A stretch of DNA of 64,000 nucleotides from Chitinophagales bacterium (GCA_044227505.1 JBGAWP010000007.1:11621-75620), one strand, 5' to 3'. Shown: positions 29,572-40,423, counted from the stretch's first letter. Program-made: numbers and translations. Notes: generated by a model from the sequence alone, not told the origin.

Positions 29572-32127
29572 ATGAAAAAGAGTTTATTGATAGTTTGTTT
29601 TTTAGGCGCAATAAGAATTTCATTTGCGCAACAGGTCGAATGGAATTCGTCGAGAATTTTATTGGAAATACAGAAATTAAATACCACCGGAAGTGTTTTA
29701 TATATTGCCGCACATCCGGATGATGAGAATACCCGATTGATAACTTATCTGGCAAATGAAAAAAAGGTGCGTACGGGTTATTTATCATTAACACGAGGTG
29801 ACGGAGGGCAAAATCTTGTTGGAGATGAACAGGGTGCTTATTTGGGATTAATACGAACGCAGGAATTATTAGCTGCCAGACGAACCGATGGCGGTGAACA
29901 ATATTTTACACGGGCAGTTGATTTTGGATATAGTAAAAGTGCGGACGAAACATTTACAAAGTGGTCGCGCGATAGTATATTAAGTGATGTTGTTTGGGTG
30001 ATAAGAAATTTTAAACCTGATATTATTATTAATCGTTTTCCATCTGATGCACGCGCTGGTCATGGGCACCATACTGCTAGTGGTATGTTGGCTGAAGAAG
30101 CATTTGCAGCTGCAGCTGATCCAACCAAATTTCCGGAACAATTAAAATATGTTTCGGTGTGGCAGGCACAGAGATTATTTTTAAATAATAGCACCTGGTG
30201 GGATAAAGATCTGCCAAATAAAATTGCAGCAGGCGAAAAAAGCCTTGCCTGGGTTGATGTGGGAGGATATAATACTTTGTTGGGAAAAAGTTATGGTGAA
30301 ATTGCCGCAGAAAGCAGAACTAATCATAAAAGTCAGGGATTCGGAAGCACTCCGACAAGAGGAGAACAAAAAGAATATCTCGAATTAAAAAACGGGATTC
30401 CTTTTAACGATAACAATATTTTTGATGGTATTTCTACAACCTGGGAACGATATCGCCAAGGCTCGGAAATTAAAATAAGCTTGGATAAAATTATTGCTGA
30501 TTTTGATGTATTACACCCCGAAAAATCGGTGGATGCTTTATTAAAAGTGTATTCACAATTAGAAAATATTCCAACAGATCAATTGGTGGAATATAAAAAA
30601 CTACAATTGCAGAATATTATAGTTGCTTGTCTGGGGTTGTGGTTGGAACCGGTTGCGGAGAGAGATATGGTGGTGCAAGGAGAACAACTTAAAATATTTA
30701 GTTCATCCATTAAGCGGAATGAATATCCGCTCACTTTGGAATCCATAACTGTTTTCAATAATGAATATAAGGCTGGTGAAATTCTTCCTGCTGGAATTAA
30801 TCAAATCGACACTTTTGAAATTAAAATAGATAACAATATGTCCTCTTCTCCATATTGGCTGGAAGGAGAGTACAACGGATTATTTTCTGTTCCCGACCAA
30901 AAGCTACGTGGCAAGGCTGAAAACGATCCTGTACTTGCATTCATTTATAATGTTAAGATTGGAGATAAATTATTTAAAATAAAAAGAGCGGTTGTTTTTA
31001 AAGAAACAGATGCAGTAAAAGGTGAAATATATAAGCCAATAGTTATTTTGCCCAAAGTGGTAATTTCAATTGATAGTAAAGCCCTGTTATTTATCAACGA
31101 TCAAAATTCCAAAATGGAAATATCGTTAAAATCAAATACCGATAATGTTAAGGGATACCTATTTGCATCTCTTGAAAATGGATTTTCTACATGGGATACC
31201 TATGAAGTTGCCCTTGAAAAAAAGGGCGATGAAAAATCCTTTACTTTCAATATTGATCCGACAAAAGCCTTAAGTGACAAAGGCGCATTAAATTTGTATT
31301 TTATTCATGGTGATGGGAAAAAAATATTAGATAGTTTAGTTTGGAAGCATAATTCTGAAAGCATAAAAAGGGAATTAAGGAATAGAAATGATGTAGACAC
31401 AAAATCTATTACTTCGATTCAGTATGATCACATTCCAAGGCAAATAATTATGGAAAATGTAACTATCTCATTATCAAAGATGAATGCTACTTTTCCTAAA
31501 GGAAATATTGCTTATGTAGAAGGAGCCGGAGATAAAGTGGATGAAAGTTTGCAACAAGCAGGTTTGAATATTTCAACTATTACACCTGAGTCCATCACTT
31601 TAGCTGAGCTAAAAAAATATGAAGCTGTTGTAATTGGTGTTCGTGCATATAATACCTCCAAAGTACTTGCCGATAATCAAAGTGTTTTAATGGAATATGT
31701 AAACCAAGGAGGATTAGCAATAACACAGTATAATACAAATTGGGATATGTTTACAGAAAATATTGGACCATATCCATTTAAAATAAAACGCGGAAGAGTA
31801 ACGGATGAAAATTCTCCTGTCGACTTTTTAATTCCCGAGCATAGTGTATTAAATACACCAAATAAACTCACTAAAGCCGATTTCGATGGTTGGATTCAGG
31901 AACGGGGAATTTATTTTGCAGAGGAACTCGCACCGGAATATGTTTCGCCATTGGCATTTACCGATCCGAACGAAAAACCACAAAGCGGAGGATTAATAAT
32001 TGCAGATTATGGAAAAGGTGCATTTATCTATACAGGTATCGCATTTTTCCGCGAATTACCCGCAGGGGTTCCTGGAGCATACCGATTATTTATCAATTTA
32101 TTATCCTATAAAAATCAGGTTAAATAA
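29572..32127 (+). CDS. Large secreted PIG-L/LmbE-family deacetylase fusion protein
   Basis: Signal peptide plus the AAHPDDEN metal-binding motif of the LmbE family. Long C-terminal extension. Confidence 0.8.
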   Translation: MKKSLLIVCFLGAIRISFAQQVEWNSSRILLEIQKLNTTGSVLYIAAHPDDENTRLITYLANEKKVRTGYLSLTRGDGGQNLVGDEQGAYLGLIRTQELLAARRTDGGEQYFTRAVDFGYSKSADETFTKWSRDSILSDVVWVIRNFKPDIIINRFPSDARAGHGHHTASGMLAEEAFAAAADPTKFPEQLKYVSVWQAQRLFLNNSTWWDKDLPNKIAAGEKSLAWVDVGGYNTLLGKSYGEIAAESRTNHKSQGFGSTPTRGEQKEYLELKNGIPFNDNNIFDGISTTWERYRQGSEIKISLDKIIADFDVLHPEKSVDALLKVYSQLENIPTDQLVEYKKLQLQNIIVACLGLWLEPVAERDMVVQGEQLKIFSSSIKRNEYPLTLESITVFNNEYKAGEILPAGINQIDTFEIKIDNNMSSSPYWLEGEYNGLFSVPDQKLRGKAENDPVLAFIYNVKIGDKLFKIKRAVVFKETDAVKGEIYKPIVILPKVVISIDSKALLFINDQNSKMEISLKSNTDNVKGYLFASLENGFSTWDTYEVALEKKGDEKSFTFNIDPTKALSDKGALNLYFIHGDGKKILDSLVWKHNSESIKRELRNRNDVDTKSITSIQYDHIPRQIIMENVTISLSKMNATFPKGNIAYVEGAGDKVDESLQQAGLNISTITPESITLAELKKYEAVVIGVRAYNTSKVLADNQSVLMEYVNQGGLAITQYNTNWDMFTENIGPYPFKIKRGRVTDENSPVDFLIPEHSVLNTPNKLTKADFDGWIQERGIYFAEELAPEYVSPLAFTDPNEKPQSGGLIIADYGKGAFIYTGIAFFRELPAGVPGAYRLFINLLSYKNQVK

Positions 32128-32230
32128 TGATTGTATTAATTTCCTCCATCAATACAAACTTCGGGAAACTTCGCACCCTTAGCGTCCCTGTCTGCCGACC
32201 GGCAGGTTCGTCGGCCTTTAATTCCACCCT

Positions 32231-32332
32231 ATGAACACAAAAAAATATTGGCGCAACTGGTATCTTTTTGTCATTGCATTTCTGGTGTTGCAGATCATTA
32301 TTTATTCCTACATCACAAATAATCTGCAATGA
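32231..32332 (+). CDS. Candidate 33-aa single-TM small protein translationally coupled to the symporter
   Basis: MNTKKYWRNWYLFVIAFLVLQIIIYSYITNNLQ. Its TGA overlaps the symporter ATG (ATGA). Not in the supplied track because it is under 60 aa. Confidence 0.4.
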   Translation: MNTKKYWRNWYLFVIAFLVLQIIIYSYITNNLQ

Positions 32333-34065
32333 ATTGGATCGACTGGGTGGTGATGTTCGGGACTTTATTTTTTATTGCCGGTTATGGTATTTACAAAACC
32401 CGCAAAACCAGATCCATTGAAACATACCTGCACGATAATAATGAAAGAAAATGGTGGGAGATAGGTTTGGGGGTTATGGCCACCCAAGCAAGTGCAATTA
32501 CTTTTTTATCAGTTCCTGGACAAGCATACGACAGCGGAATGGGATTTATACAATTTTATTTCGGTCTGCCACTTGCTATGATCGTAATAGCTGTATTTTT
32601 TATTCCGATATTTTACAAATTAAAAGTCTTTACAGCATACGAATTTTTGGAACAGCGTTTTGACCTCAAAACGAGAACATTTACGGCATCATTATTTTTA
32701 ATTCAAAGGGCATTTTCAACGGGAATTACTATTTATGCTCCCTCTATAATTTTATCTCAATTATTGGGCTGGGATCTGCGAACAACCGTTTTATTTATTG
32801 GAATAATTGTAACGGCTTATATCATTTCCGGAGGAACAAAAGCCGTTGCAGTAACGCACAAACAACAAATGCTTGTCATCTATCTGGGGATGTTCATTGC
32901 CTTCGGATATTTAATTTATTATATCAGTGCACATGCAAATTTTGGAGAAAGTATGCAAATTGCAGGTGCCTTGGGTAAAATGGATATTATTTCCACTGGT
33001 ACAGAAAGTGGTAAGTTCAATTGGAGCGATAAATACAATATTATTTCCGGCTTAATAGGTGGATTATTTTTGCAACTCAGTTATTTTGGAACCGATCAAA
33101 GTCAGGTGGGACGATATTTAGGAGGAGAATCTGTAAAAGAAAGTCGCCTGGGTTTATTATTTAATGGCCTTGTAAAAATACCGGTACAATTTTTCATTTT
33201 ATTAACGGGGATATTGGTTTTTATTTTTTATCAATTTAATCAGCCCCCTGTTTATTTTAATCAGGTTGCCTATGAAAATACCAAAACAACAATTTATGCC
33301 GATAGTCTTAAACTCGCAGAAGAACAATATTTAAATGCAACCTATTTAAATGCTGCCAATGCAAGTTTTTTACAAGAAAAACTGGGTAAAAAAGAAACGG
33401 AGGATATTGCTGAGGCGAAAGCTGACCTTGCTGCTTCTTATATCGTAAGTGAGGAATTGCGGGAAGAGGTAAACCGTATTATTGTTTCCGCCAATCCAGG
33501 GGTTGAGGATGATCACGATTATATATTCATGCATTTCGTTACAAATTATTTGCCAATTGGTTTGGTAGGCTTATTATTCGCAGTAATATTTTGTGCAAGT
33601 ATGAGTTCTACCTCCTCTGCATTAAATGGATTGGCTGCTACCTTTTCAGTAGATATTTACAAACGATTAATGAATAAAAACGCCAGTGCAAAACAATATC
33701 TCAATGCAAGTAAATTATTGACCCTCTTTTTTGGATCGCTTGCAATTGGTTTTGCTTTGATCTGTTCTCTTTTTGATAACCTCATTGAGGCGGTAAACAT
33801 TTTGGGCAGTTTGTTTTATGGCACAATCCTCGGTATTTTTCTTACTGCATTTTTAATTAAAAAAGTAAAAGGTCATGCTGTCTTTATTGCCGCCATTATA
33901 AGTGAACTCTGCATCTTATATTTAGATTTTAGTGTTCGCTTTAATTGGGCCACGCCAAAATTGGAAATTGGATATTTGTGGTATAATGTTATCGGTTGTT
34001 TGTTGGTGATGATCATTAGTTTAATTATCCAATACCTAAATCCCCGCAAAGTGATCGTCACTTAA
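32329..34065 (+). CDS. Sodium:solute symporter (SSF family)
   Basis: 578 aa with about 13-14 TM. SSF-like N-terminal region (GVMATQASAITFLSVPG). Confidence 0.88.
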   Translation: MNWIDWVVMFGTLFFIAGYGIYKTRKTRSIETYLHDNNERKWWEIGLGVMATQASAITFLSVPGQAYDSGMGFIQFYFGLPLAMIVIAVFFIPIFYKLKVFTAYEFLEQRFDLKTRTFTASLFLIQRAFSTGITIYAPSIILSQLLGWDLRTTVLFIGIIVTAYIISGGTKAVAVTHKQQMLVIYLGMFIAFGYLIYYISAHANFGESMQIAGALGKMDIISTGTESGKFNWSDKYNIISGLIGGLFLQLSYFGTDQSQVGRYLGGESVKESRLGLLFNGLVKIPVQFFILLTGILVFIFYQFNQPPVYFNQVAYENTKTTIYADSLKLAEEQYLNATYLNAANASFLQEKLGKKETEDIAEAKADLAASYIVSEELREEVNRIIVSANPGVEDDHDYIFMHFVTNYLPIGLVGLLFAVIFCASMSSTSSALNGLAATFSVDIYKRLMNKNASAKQYLNASKLLTLFFGSLAIGFALICSLFDNLIEAVNILGSLFYGTILGIFLTAFLIKKVKGHAVFIAAIISELCILYLDFSVRFNWATPKLEIGYLWYNVIGCLLVMIISLIIQYLNPRKVIVT

Positions 34066-34129
34066 TCCACCTTCCCACATCTTCCCGCTCTTTCCCTCTA
34101 CCCGGCCCTCTCATCCAATCTACAATCAC

Positions 34130-34163
34130 AAAATAAAAAAGCCCGAAATAAAATTCCGGGCTC
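34130..34163 (-). terminator. Terminator for the minus-strand membrane-protein gene
   Basis: gcccgaa...ttccgggc hairpin followed on the minus strand by a T-run. Confidence 0.5.
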
Positions 34164-34183
34164 CTAAAAAATTAAATATTATT

Positions 34184-34588
34184 TTACATCGAAGCATAAA
34201 TTACCGCAGCAACTATACTTGCAATAGTGGTATATCCCGCATCATAAAAAATGAGGTTTTTCGAACGCATGGAATATAAATTATGTATCCATGTTGTTAG
34301 TCCGGAAAATATTAATCCAACTACGAGTCCGAATTGAATTGCATCACCGGTACTTAATTCCTGTCCCATCATTCCACCCATAAATGCTACAATTACAAAT
34401 TCCACGATGAATGTAACACCGTAAATGGCTTTGTTAAAATTGTTATTTATCTGGTCTTTTGATAATCCGGCTGCCTCCATCCAGCCTTTGCCCAATATAC
34501 CATACCAGGCAGCACCAATAACAAAATAGGCTACAGTCGCTACTAAAACGGCGAGCCAGTCGAGATTTGAGAGTAAGTTGCTAATCAT
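34184..34588 (-). CDS. Membrane protein (resembles DUF1761)
   Basis: 134 aa, 4 TM, N-terminal WLAVLVATVAYFVIGAAWYG. Confidence 0.6.
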   Translation of the reverse strand: MISNLLSNLDWLAVLVATVAYFVIGAAWYGILGKGWMEAAGLSKDQINNNFNKAIYGVTFIVEFVIVAFMGGMMGQELSTGDAIQFGLVVGLIFSGLTTWIHNLYSMRSKNLIFYDAGYTTIASIVAAVIYASM

Positions 34589-34718
34589 TTGAGTTTGTTT
34601 TAATTAAAGATAAATTCTTTCACCGGCGCCGCAAAACTGACTTATACCTACATTGTTGAAATTGTGTTTATTCCTTTGGTCATATCCTTAAAATCGATTC
34701 CCGACCCGGTTTATTCCG

Positions 34719-34726
34719 TAAATTTG
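34719..34726 (+). promoter_or_regulatory. -7 box-like TAAATTTG only 4 nt upstream of the thyA ATG
   Basis: Exact TAnnTTTG match. The spacing would imply a leaderless or near-leaderless mRNA. Confidence 0.3.
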
Positions 34727-34730
34727 CACC

Positions 34731-35546
34731 ATGCAACAGTATCTCGATCTGCTTACAAAAATTTTAGAGGAAGGGCAGCAAAAGTCCGACCGCACAGGCA
34801 CCGGAACCATCAGTTTATTCGGATATCAGATGCGTTTTGATCTAAACGAAGGTTTTCCGCTTTTAACAACCAAAAAACTACATACCCGAAGTATCATCCA
34901 CGAATTATTGTGGTTTTTGAAAGGGGATACCAATATTCAATATTTGAAAGAAAATGAAGTGCGCATCTGGGATGAATGGGCAGATGAAAATGGGGATCTT
35001 GGTCCGGTATATGGACATCAATGGCGCAGTTGGCCCACAGCAGATGGTGGCGCAGTTGATCAGATTTCAAATTTGATAGATCAGATTAAAAAAAATCCCG
35101 ATTCCAGAAGGTTAATTGTAAGTGCATGGAATGTTGGAGAAATTGAAAAAATGGCATTGCCTCCTTGTCATTGTTTATTTCAATTTTATGTCGCACCAGC
35201 GGAAACTCCCGGTGCAAAAAGAAAATTGTCATGTCAGTTATATCAGCGAAGTGCAGATACATTTTTAGGTGTGCCGTTTAATATTGCAAGTTATGCTGTA
35301 TTAACCATGATGATAGCACAGGTTTGTGATCTTGATTATGGTGATTTTGTACATACTTTCGGAGATGTGCATTTATATAATGATCATATTGAGCAGGCTA
35401 AATTGCAATTGACACGTGAGCCTCGTAATTTACCTCAAATGAAAATCAACCCTGCTGTAAAAAATATATTTGAATTTACCATTGATGATTTCGAATTGTT
35501 GAACTACGATCCGCATCCTCATATTAAAGCAAAGGTTTCTGTATGA
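34731..35546 (+). CDS. thyA: Thymidylate synthase
   Basis: MQQYLDLL N-terminus and the active-site segment [11 protein letters not shown]. Confidence 0.97.
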   Translation: MQQYLDLLTKILEEGQQKSDRTGTGTISLFGYQMRFDLNEGFPLLTTKKLHTRSIIHELLWFLKGDTNIQYLKENEVRIWDEWADENGDLGPVYGHQWRSWPTADGGAVDQISNLIDQIKKNPDSRRLIVSAWNVGEIEKMALPPCHCLFQFYVAPAETPGAKRKLSCQLYQRSADTFLGVPFNIASYAVLTMMIAQVCDLDYGDFVHTFGDVHLYNDHIEQAKLQLTREPRNLPQMKINPAVKNIFEFTIDDFELLNYDPHPHIKAKVSV

Positions 35547-36040
35547 TATTTTCTGCGATTGTTGCTGTTGCCGATAATAATGTTATTGGTTACAAAGGAG
35601 ACATGCCCTGGGGAAAAATGCGCGCTGATCTCAAATATTTCAAACAAAATACCATAGGTAAATGGTGTATTTTGGGAAGAAAATCTTACAATGCTTTGGG
35701 AAATAAAGTATTGCCCGGGAGAAAATTTATTATAGTTACCAGAGATAAAGATTTTGTTGCTGAGGATAGTATTGTTGTGCATGACATTAAGGAAGCGATT
35801 GATCATCCCGTATTAAAGGGGGAGGAGGAAGTGATGATTTTGGGCGGTGGTGAAATATATAAACTTGCAATGCCATTTACCGATCGTGTTCACTTCACTA
35901 AAATTCATGCAAGTTTTGAAGGAGATACTTTTTTTCCGGAATTAGAAAAAGAAAAATGGATCTTATCCTCCGCCGACCATCATGAAGCAGATGAAAATAA
36001 TCCACATCCCTATACTTTTATGGTTTTTGATAGGAAGTAA
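35543..36040 (+). CDS. folA: Dihydrofolate reductase
   Basis: ATGA overlap with thy[21 protein letters not shown] and GGGEIY. Confidence 0.93.
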   Translation: MIFSAIVAVADNNVIGYKGDMPWGKMRADLKYFKQNTIGKWCILGRKSYNALGNKVLPGRKFIIVTRDKDFVAEDSIVVHDIKEAIDHPVLKGEEEVMILGGGEIYKLAMPFTDRVHFTKIHASFEGDTFFPELEKEKWILSSADHHEADENNPHPYTFMVFDRK

Positions 36041-36215
36041 TTTAAGCTCTTTCCAATAAATATTTATCATTATGTAATAAAAATAGGCCGCGAATACGCA
36101 ACGGACGCTAAGGACGCGCGAATTTAACATGCAAAACCATTGCGAAACTATGGGCCCTTTGTGTCTTCGGGTCAAAAAAACTATTTTTGACTCTTCAAAT
36201 CCATTATCCACCAAC

Positions 36216-37466
36216 ATGAACCAACCCACAGCAAAAAAACATGGCATCCTCAGCCTCACTGTTATCGTAGCAGCTCTCGGTTATTTTGTCGATATATATG
36301 ATCTGCAATTATTTAATCTAGTTAGCAAAACAAGTTTAAAAGGATTGGGAATTACTGATCCTGCTCAATTGGATTATTGGGATATACGCTTATTTAATTT
36401 TCAGATGTTCGGGATGTTGATCGGAGGAATTGTTTGGGGAATTTTAGGAGATCTGAAGGGAAGAAAATCCATTTTATTCGGAAGTATTATTTTATATTCC
36501 ATTGCAAATATTTTAAATGGATTTGTTGAAAATACTTTTCAATATTCTGTAGTCCGTTTTTTTGCCGGATTGGGATTAGCAGGGGAATTAGGGGCAGCAA
36601 TTACACTAGTAAGTGAAATACTGCAAAAAGAAAAACGCGGATTGGGCACGATGATAATTGTGAGTGTCGGGGCATTGGGAGCCGTTACTGCTTTTTACAT
36701 AACTGGTCATGTAGATTGGAGAACTTCGTATTTTATCGGTGGTGGATTAGGCCTTTTACTGTTGGGCTTGCGATTCGGTACTTTCGAAAGCGGAATGTTC
36801 GACCATGTTAAAAAACAAAATGTGGCAAGAGGGAATTTCCTTTCTTTATTTTCAGATGTAACAAGATTAAAAAAATATATTTTTTGTATTCTCATAGGTG
36901 TTCCTGTATGGTATTGTATAGGAGTACTCATGAAATTCTCCGATAAATTTGCAGGGGAATGGGGATTGGATGTGAGTGGTGAAAATGGCATTCAGATCCG
37001 TAGAACCGCAATTATGCTTTCTTATGTTGGTTTAAGCGTGGGCGATATGCTCAGTGGAATATTAAGTCAGGTATTTAAAAGCAGAAAAAAAGTTGTAATA
37101 GGATATTTACTGGCAAGCATTGTATTCGCAAGTATCTATTTATTTACAAAAAGCGATTCTCTCTTCTTATTTAATACCATGTGTTTCCTTTTAGGCTGCG
37201 CAACAGGTTATTGGGCATTATTTGTTACCATTGCCTCAGAACAATTCGGAACAAATATCAGAGCAACGGTTACCACAACGGTTCCAAATTTTGTAAGGGG
37301 ATTGGTAGTTCCTTTAACCCTTGGATTTGCAGCTCTGGCTGGTAACATTGGCAATATCAACTCAGCTCTGGTGGTAGGACTGATCTCCGTTTCTTTAGCT
37401 TTGATCGCCATTTTTTCAGTAAAAGAGACCTTTAGTAAAGATCTTAATTATGTAGAAATGAGTTGA
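36216..37466 (+). CDS. MFS transporter
   Basis: 12-TM pattern with a GDLKGRK loop. ATG at 36216 is preferred over 36129, which lies in repeat DNA. Confidence 0.85.
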   Translation: MNQPTAKKHGILSLTVIVAALGYFVDIYDLQLFNLVSKTSLKGLGITDPAQLDYWDIRLFNFQMFGMLIGGIVWGILGDLKGRKSILFGSIILYSIANILNGFVENTFQYSVVRFFAGLGLAGELGAAITLVSEILQKEKRGLGTMIIVSVGALGAVTAFYITGHVDWRTSYFIGGGLGLLLLGLRFGTFESGMFDHVKKQNVARGNFLSLFSDVTRLKKYIFCILIGVPVWYCIGVLMKFSDKFAGEWGLDVSGENGIQIRRTAIMLSYVGLSVGDMLSGILSQVFKSRKKVVIGYLLASIVFASIYLFTKSDSLFLFNTMCFLLGCATGYWALFVTIASEQFGTNIRATVTTTVPNFVRGLVVPLTLGFAALAGNIGNINSALVVGLISVSLALIAIFSVKETFSKDLNYVEMS

Positions 37467-37711
37467 TTCTTCCTTCAAATTTTTTTTTCCTGGAATTTAA
37501 TATTAATTAAGGATATCAAATTATGGTGTCCTTTCATTTTTGAATTTGAGTATTATACACTTATACCTATTTTATCTACAAGTATCATTGCAGCCAACCC
37601 ACTTATCATAATAATTAACCTGCAATTTGAAGTCCTCTTACTTTCACACCCATTATCCATTACTTTATTAGTTCGATTTCATCATTCACACAAATAATAA
37701 AACTTTTTAAA

Positions 37712-39130
37712 ATGAAAAAAACATTACAAATTTTAATTGTTTCTATTTTTCTGCTAAGCGGAAAAATTGTAAATGCATGCGACAATTCCTATGCAACATT
37801 AATTTCCCAAACTGATCTCGGTGGAGGTCAATACGAATTTGTTGTTGAATTTTGTGCCGGAGGAGGCCAGGATGGAACAGGATATGGAGCTGATCAGGGT
37901 ACTTATACATGGTCAGTGGCATTAGGTGGCGGTGCAACTTTTATTTCCTATCCTGCAACATTAACAAGTCCGCAAACTGGTGCTGTATTTGCTGCTTGGG
38001 CGCCATTTCCAATGTTTGGATTAGAGTATTTAGTGTATGATTATTATTCTCATCCCGGCACAGGTTGGGGAGCCGATTGGTGGACTACAACTGCAGGCGG
38101 ATGGGGACCACCGGATGCTTATTGCACAACATTTACTATTGTAACAAATGGTATGCCCACTGCAATTATTTTAGGTGGTGCTGAAGGTGCAGGGGTAGTA
38201 GTTGCTCCTTATGGATGTAATGGAACTCCAGAAATGCAGATCAATTTAGGATTTGTTGTTGAAGCCGGTAGTTATCAAAGTATTTGTGAAGGTTCTTTTG
38301 CAACTTTAAATGCTACCGTTTCTGGTGGAGTAGCACCTTTCACTTATTTATGGAGTAATGGAGCTACAACTGCTACCACCTCAGTAAATCCGACAACAAA
38401 TACCACTTATTCAGTAACTGTTACTGATGCAAATGGTGCAACTGCATTTGATGATGTTCCTGTTTTAGTTAATCCTCGCCCTGTTGTTAACGCAGGTTTA
38501 GATAAATTAATTACCAAAGGTTACGGACCGGCTTGTGTTACATTAAATGGAAGTGCAACCGGTGGTTCAGATCCAAAAACATACTCCTGGAGTAATGGGG
38601 CAACAATTGCCAGTCCTTCAGTTTGCCCAACATTAACTACAACTTATACCTTAACTGTAACAGATTATTATGGTTGTTCGCGCACAGATCAAACTGTTGT
38701 AACTTATAAAGATGTTCGATGTGGCCCCTCATTAAATAAAGTGTATATGTGTAAAAATGGAAATACCTATTGTTTCACGGTAGCACAAGTTCCATCTAAA
38801 TTATTAAGCGGATATGTGCTTGGTGCATGTTGGATGAAATTAGGGGATGATGTTGCAGAAGGGGAAAATCCAATTGCAATATTTCCAAATCCTGCAAATC
38901 AAAACGCAGAAATCGTATTTGTTTTAAATGAAGGTTCAAAAGCAACAATTGAAATTTACAATACTGCGGGTGTTAAGCAGAATATTGTTAATCCTGAAGT
39001 TGAAGTTACTTCCGGTGTTGAGATAACGCATGTTATTGCACTAAATGAACTTGCAGCAGGAATGTATCAGGTTATTATTCATTCAGATGCAGGAGAAATT
39101 CTAAAAGATAAATTAATCGTAATTCACTAA
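37712..39130 (+). CDS. Secreted protein with Ig-like repeats and a T9SS C-terminal sorting domain
   Basis: Signal peptide. Repeated LWSNGATTAT / YSWSNGATIAS modules. C-terminal IFPNPANQNAEIVF...MYQVIIHS. Confidence 0.75.
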   Translation: MKKTLQILIVSIFLLSGKIVNACDNSYATLISQTDLGGGQYEFVVEFCAGGGQDGTGYGADQGTYTWSVALGGGATFISYPATLTSPQTGAVFAAWAPFPMFGLEYLVYDYYSHPGTGWGADWWTTTAGGWGPPDAYCTTFTIVTNGMPTAIILGGAEGAGVVVAPYGCNGTPEMQINLGFVVEAGSYQSICEGSFATLNATVSGGVAPFTYLWSNGATTATTSVNPTTNTTYSVTVTDANGATAFDDVPVLVNPRPVVNAGLDKLITKGYGPACVTLNGSATGGSDPKTYSWSNGATIASPSVCPTLTTTYTLTVTDYYGCSRTDQTVVTYKDVRCGPSLNKVYMCKNGNTYCFTVAQVPSKLLSGYVLGACWMKLGDDVAEGENPIAIFPNPANQNAEIVFVLNEGSKATIEIYNTAGVKQNIVNPEVEVTSGVEITHVIALNELAAGMYQVIIHSDAGEILKDKLIVIH

Positions 39131-39150
39131 AATAGGCTGTCAGATAAGTA

Positions 39151-39186
39151 AAAAACCTCCCTTTCTCAGAGGGAGGTTTTACTTTT
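39151..39186 (+). terminator. Rho-independent terminator
   Basis: cctccct / agggagg stem flanked by an A-run and a T-run. Confidence 0.7.
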
Positions 39187-39326
39187 TCCGGAGTAGCAGT
39201 AGCAGTAGCAGTCACAGTCACAGTCGCAGTCACAGGAATGACTCCTGACATTTTTTATTGCTGCGATCCCTCACGCGAACTAACAACTTTTGATATTTTT
39301 AATAAAGCAAAATAAATTATTTTATT

Positions 39327-39812
39327 ATGAAACAAACATCTAAAAAAATTATTCTTGCATCATCCATAATTATATTACTCGGAATAATGGTAAGTTTATT
39401 TTTTATAATCAGAGCTGAAAATAAAGATTTTTCGGAAAACGGTGTTTCTGTTAGCGCAACCATTTTAGAAAAAAGGGAAATGGATGATGATCACAGTTCA
39501 AAAAGAGTTAAAATGCGTTATGTTTTTCGAATTTCTTTTTTCACGGAACCTCAAACAGCAGAAAAACCTAAGGAAATAGAACCGGATTCATCTGAAAACA
39601 ATAAATCAGAAATCGATAAAAAACTCGATGATATTTTCGGTGATCCAAACCGTGAACGATTTGGCGATTATACCACAACTGAATTAAATGTAAATTCAGA
39701 TAAATACCTGCAATATAATGTTGGTGATAAAATCCGAATTACCTATTTAAAAGATTCTCCTGCTAAAGTGCGGATTGCTGAGGAGGAGAAAGGAGAAAGG
39801 AGTGAGGAGTAA
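39327..39812 (+). CDS. Membrane-anchored protein of unknown function (DUF3592-like)
   Basis: N-terminal TM helix. The last ~10 codons (EEEKGERSEE) are encoded by the degenerate start of the 7/8-mer array. Confidence 0.5.
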   Translation: MKQTSKKIILASSIIILLGIMVSLFFIIRAENKDFSENGVSVSATILEKREMDDDHSSKRVKMRYVFRISFFTEPQTAEKPKEIEPDSSENNKSEIDKKLDDIFGDPNRERFGDYTTTELNVNSDKYLQYNVGDKIRITYLKDSPAKVRIAEEEKGERSEE

Positions 39813-40012
39813 AGGAGTAAGGAGTAAAGGAGTAAGGAGTAAAGGAGTAAGGAGTAAAGGAGTAAGGAGTAAAGGAGTAAAGGAGTAAGGAGTAAAGGAG
39901 TAAGGAGTAAGGAGTAAGGAGTAAAGGAGTAAGGAGTAAAGGAGTAAAGGAGTAAGGAGTAAAGGAGTAAGGAGTAAGGAGTAAAGGAGTAAGGAGTAAA
40001 GGAGTAAGGAGT
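39806..40012. repeat. Tandem array of GGAGTAA / GGAGTAAA units (about 27 units)
   Basis: Continuous alternation of the 7-mer and 8-mer, with a degenerate lead-in from 39781. Confidence 0.95.
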
Positions 40013-40360
40013 TTAAATTTCTTGCGAAATTTTATTGGGTGCTACGTTAGTGTGACCTTCGCAAAGAGCGAAAGCCTCACTTCCTCCGAATTTAATGCAA
40101 ATCCCACCCTTTGTTTTCCTGTGTCCTACGTCCCGCGTCTACATTTCACGCCGTGGCAAGGTGTTTCTCACCTGCCACTGGTTAGGAGAAAATTTTAATT
40201 GGAACGATAATTTAATTTTCAATTGAATACTTTTTTTTGCCACAAAGACTCTAAGTTCACAAAGTTTACACGAAGAATGATTCCAATGCTAAAAATTCAA
40301 TATTTTTCATGTTAATTTAAAGTATCAATCAGAAATTAAAATAATATTATACATCAACTC

Positions 40361-40423
40361 TGTCCCCCTGTCCCCTTCCCTTGTCCTATGTCAAGTCCCG
40401 TGTCCTGTATCTTGTGTCCCTCG
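40361..40423. repeat. GTCC-type short-period arm preceded by the CAATCAGAAATTAA module (40326-40339)
   Basis: tgtccccctgtccccttcccttgtcctatgtcaagtcccgtgtcctgtatcttgtgtccc. Confidence 0.8.

Noticed and set aside
36129-36215. Longer MFS transporter start at 36129
   Set aside because: The extension overlaps a dispersed repeat module (36155-36180), and its residues are not hydrophobic or conserved-looking. ATG at 36216 is preferred, with moderate certainty.
39806-40012. Possible CRISPR array, or an array of Shine-Dalgarno sites (AGGAG)
   Set aside because: The units are only 7-8 nt and contiguous. Bacteroidota translation does not depend on SD pairing, and no ORFs follow the AGGAG words.
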